Assembly: GCA_038231435.1 (NCBI GenBank)
Contig: JBBRLJ010000020.1
Location: 1-64,000, forward strand
DNA: 64,000 nt
Direction: 5' to 3'
Source: Planctomycetota bacterium
Lineage (GTDB): Bacteria > Planctomycetota > UBA11346
Numbering within the stretch: position 1 is the first letter of the stretch; every line of letters starts with the position of its first letter. Below the pieces are notes generated by a model, which was given only the letters and a program-made list of their open reading frames with translations, was not told where the DNA came from and did no database searches. A program made the position numbers and the translations under genes. This document shows, one piece after another, positions 57,902-64,000 of the stretch.

Positions 57902-58462
57902 GTGCCGACCTCCTCGATCACCATCCCTCCAGAGATCGCGCGCCAGATGAGGGGCCACGCCTTCGCCTGGTATCCGAGCGAATGCTGCGGGCTGCTCTTC
58001 GCGAAGGCCGGTTCGGACGAGGCATGCCGCGCGGTATGCATGGACAATCTCGCCGATCGCCTCCATGCCAAGGATCCCGAAGGCTTCCCCCAGACCGGCC
58101 GCGACTACTTCTCGCTCAATGAACGCCAAGCCGCCCGTCTTGCCGACGAGGCCGCCGCCAAGGGCGAACGCTGGCTGGCGATCTTCCACAGTCACATCGA
58201 CTGCGGCGCCTATTTCAGCGCAGAAGACAAAGCCATGGCCGCACCCAGTGGTGTGCCGGTCGATCCGGCGATGTGGCACGTGGTGATGGAATGCTGGCCT
58301 GGCGAAGTGCGCGTGGCGCGTGCCTTCATCTGGGACGGACGCGACTACGCCGGCACCGTCCTGTCTGGCTTCGAGGGCCGACGAGCGAGCGATTCCGCAA
58401 ACATTTCCGACAGCGATTCAGACAGCGATTCAGACAGCGATTCAGACAGAAAGAAGAGCTGA
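57902..58462 (+). CDS. JAB/MPN+ (Mov34) metallopeptidase, Mec/CysO-cysteine peptidase-like
   Basis: YPSECCG (catalytic Glu) and FHSH......FSAED JAMM motif; start GTG 57902 or 57890. Confidence 0.88.
   Translation: MPTSSITIPPEIARQMRGHAFAWYPSECCGLLFAKAGSDEACRAVCMDNLADRLHAKDPEGFPQTGRDYFSLNERQAARLADEAAAKGERWLAIFHSHIDCGAYFSAEDKAMAAPSGVPVDPAMWHVVMECWPGEVRVARAFIWDGRDYAGTVLSGFEGRRASDSANISDSDSDSDSDSDSDRKKS
58409..58449 (+). repeat. 12-mer GACAGCGATTCA x3.4 encoding an (SD)n tail
   Basis: Perfect tandem copies at 58409, 58421 and 58433. Confidence 0.85.
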
Positions 58463-58466
58463 GCCG

Positions 58467-59660
58467 ATGGCCCGCAAGCGTCATGGCCTCGAAGGCCACA
58501 TCGAAACCCTCGCCGTTCACGCCGGGGAACCGCGTGACAAGGCTCACGACTCGCTGGTCACGCCGATGATCCTGGCGACCGCGTATCCCTTCGAGGACAC
58601 CGACGAGCTGCACCGCTACTTCCGCGGCGAGCACCAGCGCGGCGAGGAATACGGCCGCTACGGCAATCCGACGCAGGAGGTCGCCGAGGACAAGCTCGCG
58701 GCGCTCGACGGCGGCGAATCAGCGCTGCTGACCTCGACCGGCATGTCGGCGATCGTCACCACCCTGCTGGCCATGGTCCGTCCGGGCATGCACCTGGTGA
58801 TCACCGCCGACAGCTACCGCAAGACCCGCGTGTTCGTGCGCGAGTTCCTCGCCAAGTTCGGCGTCGAGCACACCAGCTGCGAGCCCTCGGTGGCCGGCAT
58901 CGCCGCGGCCTGCAAGCCGACCACACGCCTGATCATCACCGAGAGCCCGACCAATCCCTACCTCAACTGCATCGACATCGAGGCCCTGGTCGCCCTGGCC
59001 CGCGAACGGCGCATCAAGACCCTGGTCGACGCGACGCTCGCCACACCCTACAATATGCAGCCGCTGTCGTTCGGCGTGGACCTGGTCGTGCACTCGGCCA
59101 CCAAGTACCTCGGCGGCCACAACGACCTGATGGCGGGCGTGGTGGTCGGCAATGACGGTCTGATCGAGGCGATCCGCGAGCACCAGGGCATGTTCGGCGC
59201 GCTCGCCAGTCCCTTCACCGCCTACATGCTCATCCGCGGGCTGAAAACCTTCGCTGTGCGCATGCGCCAGCACAATGCCAGCGGCCTCGCCATCGCGCGT
59301 TTCCTCGAGAAGCATCCGAAGGTCGAGCAGGTATGGTATCCCGGGCTCGAGAGCCACGCCGCGCACGCCATCGCGATGCGGCAGATGAAAGGCTTCGGCG
59401 GACTGATCAGCTTCAGCGTACGCGGCGATCTGCCGGCGGCATCGCGGCTGATCGACGCGGTCAAGCTCCCCTACCTGGCCCCGTCCCTGGGCGGACCGGA
59501 GTCACTGATCGAGCAGCCGGCGCTGATGAGCTATTACGACAAGTCGCCCGAGGAGCGGCAGACGCTGGGGATCCGCGAGAACCTCGTCCGCCTGAGCGTC
59601 GGCCTCGAACACACCGAGGATCTGATCGCCGATCTGGACCAGGCCCTAGCGAAGGTCTGA
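58467..59660 (+). CDS. metB: Cystathionine gamma-synthase family PLP enzyme
   Basis: YGRYGNPT, STGMSA, ESPTNP, DATLATP, HSATKYLGGH (PLP Lys), APSLGGPESLIEQPALMSYY, RLSVGLE. Confidence 0.85.
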   Translation: MARKRHGLEGHIETLAVHAGEPRDKAHDSLVTPMILATAYPFEDTDELHRYFRGEHQRGEEYGRYGNPTQEVAEDKLAALDGGESALLTSTGMSAIVTTLLAMVRPGMHLVITADSYRKTRVFVREFLAKFGVEHTSCEPSVAGIAAACKPTTRLIITESPTNPYLNCIDIEALVALARERRIKTLVDATLATPYNMQPLSFGVDLVVHSATKYLGGHNDLMAGVVVGNDGLIEAIREHQGMFGALASPFTAYMLIRGLKTFAVRMRQHNASGLAIARFLEKHPKVEQVWYPGLESHAAHAIAMRQMKGFGGLISFSVRGDLPAASRLIDAVKLPYLAPSLGGPESLIEQPALMSYYDKSPEERQTLGIRENLVRLSVGLEHTEDLIADLDQALAKV

Positions 59661-59806
59661 TCCGCGGCGCGTCCGACAGGCGGGTGCGGTCGCCGGGCAG
59701 ATCTGCCCATGAATCCCGCGAGAAGAGCGCTCCCCGCGAGCCCGGGCAGAAGTGCCCGCATGGCAATCGCGGCGCGACCGGTGCATACTCGTGGCAGGAG
59801 CGCGCG

Positions 59807-61963
<2,157 letters not shown>

Positions 61964-61978
61964 AAAGATGCGGCGTGC

Positions 61979-62767
61979 TCAGCGCTTGCGCTTCGCCCTG
62001 GTCGATTCAGACGGCCGGGGCGGCTCCGCGGAGGCGTGCTGGCGATCGGTGACCCGCCACAGCAGCCAGCGCGTCTCTTCGTCGAACGCCGCCCATGACG
62101 GATAGGTGAAGTAATCCGGATGCTTGAGCAGGAAGCGCGCCGCGCCGCGGTTGGGCAGCACCTCGCAGCGCTCGAGGATGTCGCGGGCGAGGATGGGGAA
62201 GTTGTCGCGCGCGCGGGCGCGCATGCGCCCGCCCAGGCAGTCGTAGAGGAAGTCGTCGGCGATGATGCGCAGCGCCTGGCGCTCCCCGCTCGACACCAGA
62301 TCGATCACCAGATCCTCGGCAGTGGTGGGATCCTCGGTCTCCACCGTCTCGAGATCCTCCTCGATGCCCGGGATCACCGAGCGCACCACGTGCCGGGGCT
62401 TGCGCCTGACGCTGCCGAGCGCGGCTATGTCGATGGACGACCATGCCAGCTGGCGTTCCTTGCCGAAGGGCGTGAAGTAGGTCATGCCTTCGGCGTCGAT
62501 GCGGCCGCGCGCGAGCACGCGCCGGCGCGGCAGCGCGGGCAGCAGCGATTCCTCGACCACGTCGACCGCCACGCCCTCGTGCTCGAGCGCGAGGTGCAGC
62601 TTGCTGGCAGCGGTCGCGGTGAGGTTGTCGAGCAGGATGCCGAAGGCGAGGTGCGCGACGGTGGGCGCGTCGAGGCGCGCGCGCGCGCCACTGGCGTCGA
62701 AGGCGCGCGCCAGGCGTGCGGCGGAAGGCGATTCGAGGCGGGCCAGCAGTAGGGCGTAGCGAGCCAT
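61979..62767 (-). CDS. Hypothetical protein
   Basis: 262-aa ORF starting 7 nt after the AKR stop; coding-like composition. Confidence 0.75.
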   Translation of the reverse strand: MARYALLLARLESPSAARLARAFDASGARARLDAPTVAHLAFGILLDNLTATAASKLHLALEHEGVAVDVVEESLLPALPRRRVLARGRIDAEGMTYFTPFGKERQLAWSSIDIAALGSVRRKPRHVVRSVIPGIEEDLETVETEDPTTAEDLVIDLVSSGERQALRIIADDFLYDCLGGRMRARARDNFPILARDILERCEVLPNRGAARFLLKHPDYFTYPSWAAFDEETRWLLWRVTDRQHASAEPPRPSESTRAKRKR

Positions 62768-62774
62768 ACCGAGC

Positions 62775-63740
62775 TCAGGTATCGCCGATGACGGCGAGAT
62801 CGGCGAGCAGTCGCGCGGTGATCGCCTCGACGCGCTCCATCTGCGCCGCCTTGATCGGCGTGCCGAGTTCGCCGATGAAGGCCCCCTGCGCCGCGTTGCG
62901 CGCGCCGACGATGCAGCCGGTGAGACCCTCGGTGCAGATCAGCGCGCCGATCGCGAGTTGCGGCACGCTCATCTCATCCTCCTCGGCTACGGCGCGCAGC
63001 TCGGCAACCGCCTCGAGAAAGCGCGCGAGGCGCCGGCCGCGGAAATCGGGCCGTTCGCCGCGGTGATCACCCGCCGGAAACGCGTGCCCCTCCTTCCAGG
63101 TGTCGAAGAGCAAGCCGCGGTGCAGCGGGGAATAGGCGATGGCGCCCACGCCGTGCTCGGCACACCACGGCAGGATGGTGGTGGCGGCCTCGGGCTTGAC
63201 GATGCTGTACGGCGTCTGCACGCAGTGCAGCGGAACGCCGGTCAGGCGCCACGCCTCGAGCTGCTCCAGCGAATAGTTGCACACGCCGATGGCGCGGATC
63301 TTGCCGGACTTCAGCAATTCGGCGCATGCCGCCGCGGTCTCGGCGATCGGCTCGGGCGCGGCCCAGTGCTGCTGGAAGAGATCGATCGCCTCGACGCCGA
63401 GGTCGCGCAGGCCTTGCTCGCAATCGGCGATCACCTGGGCGCGCGCGCCCGAGGTGTGGCGTTGGCCGTCGACCAGGCGGTGGCCGAATTTGGTGAACAC
63501 CAGCGGGCGCTCCGCCGACGGCAGCTCCTTGAGGAATGTGCCGACGATGCGGTCGGCGCGACCCGAGCCATAGATCGGCGCGGTGTCGATCCAGGTAGCT
63601 CCGGCCGCGCGGGCGGCGCGCAGCGCGGCGAGCGAATCGGCATCGTCCTGCTCACCCCACATCCAGCCGCCGGCTGCGAAGGTGCCGACGCCGACCAGCG
63701 AGATAGTCAGACCGCTGGTACCGAGTTCGCGCCGCATCAT
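62775..63740 (-). CDS. Aldo/keto reductase
   Basis: RELG.SG, IDTAPIYG.G, TKFG, IDLFQQHW, GKIRAIGVCN, AYSPL.RG, IVGARN. Confidence 0.93.
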   Translation of the reverse strand: MMRRELGTSGLTISLVGVGTFAAGGWMWGEQDDADSLAALRAARAAGATWIDTAPIYGSGRADRIVGTFLKELPSAERPLVFTKFGHRLVDGQRHTSGARAQVIADCEQGLRDLGVEAIDLFQQHWAAPEPIAETAAACAELLKSGKIRAIGVCNYSLEQLEAWRLTGVPLHCVQTPYSIVKPEAATTILPWCAEHGVGAIAYSPLHRGLLFDTWKEGHAFPAGDHRGERPDFRGRRLARFLEAVAELRAVAEEDEMSVPQLAIGALICTEGLTGCIVGARNAAQGAFIGELGTPIKAAQMERVEAITARLLADLAVIGDT

Positions 63741-63847
63741 GCGGCCATGGTGCGCAGGGAGGCGGCGAGACAAGCCGCCTGACGGCGTCGGCTCGCGAGT
63801 GTGCGTTAGCCATATCCTGACCAGCGCGCTGCATGAACGCATGACAC

Positions 63848-63883
63848 AAAAAAAGCACGCGGCGGGAAAGCCCGCCGCGTGCT
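63848..63883 (-). terminator. Rho-independent terminator
   Basis: 13-bp stem AGCACGCGGCGGG/CCCGCCGCGTGCT with a 4-nt loop, followed by a T-run on the minus strand. Confidence 0.9.
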
Positions 63884-63902
63884 CGACTGTTCGACCGAGT
63901 TC

Positions 63903-64000
63903 TCAATCCTGCTTAGCGCCCGAGGCCGGCTTCTCGCTCGAGGCCTTGGCACCTGCGGAAGACTCGACCTTGGCGCCGGAATCGGTCCAGCCGCTGATGC
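63903..64000 (-). CDS. 3-prime end of a gene, possibly a rhodanese-like domain protein (truncated)
   Basis: Reads ISGWTDSGAKVESSAGAKASSEKPASGAKQD-stop, resembling the rhodanese C-terminal GGIxxWxxxGxxV motif; terminator follows. Confidence 0.5.
   Translation of the reverse strand, partial: ISGWTDSGAKVESSAGAKASSEKPASGAKQD

Noticed and set aside
57902..58462. JAB protein as part of a CBASS or ubiquitin-like antiphage system
   Set aside because: No CD-NTase, E1/E2 or effector genes nearby; the sequence and metB context fit the Mec-like sulfur-transfer type.

Overview
GC-rich bacterial chromosomal window. The gene content (paralogous eukaryote-like Ser/Thr kinases with FGE-sulfatase domains, an exported prenyltransferase-repeat protein, repeated AraC-PhyH pairs, a TonB receptor) suggests a diderm Planctomycetota/PVC-like organism; this is inference. 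The window opens with the left end of an IS3-family element and a lower-GC single-gene cassette bracketed by 17-bp inverted repeats. About 50 mostly housekeeping, metabolic and signalling genes follow: nadB, murD, corA, fabG, cax, ogt, an SSS-GH20-anmK-murQ anhydro-MurNAc recycling cluster, hemB, an S41 protease, topA, sua5/tsaC, scpA, pheS and a JAB peptidase-metB pair. The most notable observations are: (1) an ScpA kleisin extended to ~1080 aa with a long Pro/Ala linker and a predicted membrane anchor; (2) the inverted-repeat cassette at 187-1379; (3) a 133-bp GTAG/GNA-triloop-rich palindromic repeat in two copies plus a related structured element, all between convergent genes; (4) a TAnnnT hexamer 5-7 nt upstream of at least 13 start codons, suggesting widespread leaderless mRNA. 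No rRNA, tRNA, CRISPR array or reverse transcriptase was recognised. All product calls come from motifs recognised by eye, not from database searches.
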